Assembly: GCA_002269645.1 (NCBI GenBank)
Contig: NIVC01000284.1
Coordinates: 496,001 to 560,000 of the forward strand
Reading direction: 5' to 3'
DNA: 64,000 bases
Origin: Macrostomum lignano
Lineage: Eukaryota
In this document: one piece after another, positions 63,997 through 64,000 of the stretch
How positions within the stretch are numbered: the first letter of the stretch is position 1
Layout of the letters: every line of letters begins with the position of its first letter
Notes under the pieces: generated by a model
The model's input: only the letters and a program-made list of their open reading frames with translations
Database searches by the model: none
Told to the model about the DNA's origin: nothing
Translations under genes and position numbers: made by a program

Positions 63997-64000
63997 GCTC

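Noticed and set aside
1-64000. Strict rule that intronic arrays are pyrimidine-rich on the sense strand
   Set aside because: A majority fit, but arrays at 2690, 6325, 31430 and 44590 go the other way; too few to claim without genome-wide statistics.

Overview
Eukaryotic (invertebrate animal) genomic DNA with GT-AG introns. The very high density of intronic minisatellites suggests a free-living flatworm such as Macrostomum, but this is inference only. Splicing exons by hand, with phase checked at each junction, gives six protein-coding genes. (1) An unknown protein on the minus strand, at least 4 exons, running off the left edge. (2) A lysosomal Pro-X carboxypeptidase (PRCP, S28 family), minus strand, 2 exons. 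(3) TCTP/TPT1, plus strand, 3 exons. (4) A voltage-gated Ca channel alpha2delta subunit, minus strand, about 24 exons over 22 kb. (5) A DSTYK-like dynamin-type GTPase plus kinase, minus strand, 8 exons. (6) A two-exon, 832-aa Q-rich disordered protein nested antisense in DSTYK intron 1. Most larger introns carry their own minisatellite (units 12-46 bp), and these arrays produce most of the long spurious ORFs in the track. Mobile elements: two tRNA/CORE-type SINE copies, several TIR elements (one a MITE inside a MITE inside a minisatellite with both TSDs intact) and a 5' LTR with PBS. No CRISPR array, rRNA or bona fide tRNA gene was seen. I found no clearly new multi-gene system. The best leads are the intact GTPase motifs of DSTYK, the nested gene, an ATG-less gene start (possible spliced-leader AUG), the altered ligand pocket and inserts of alpha2delta, and signs that minisatellites are seeded by transposons.
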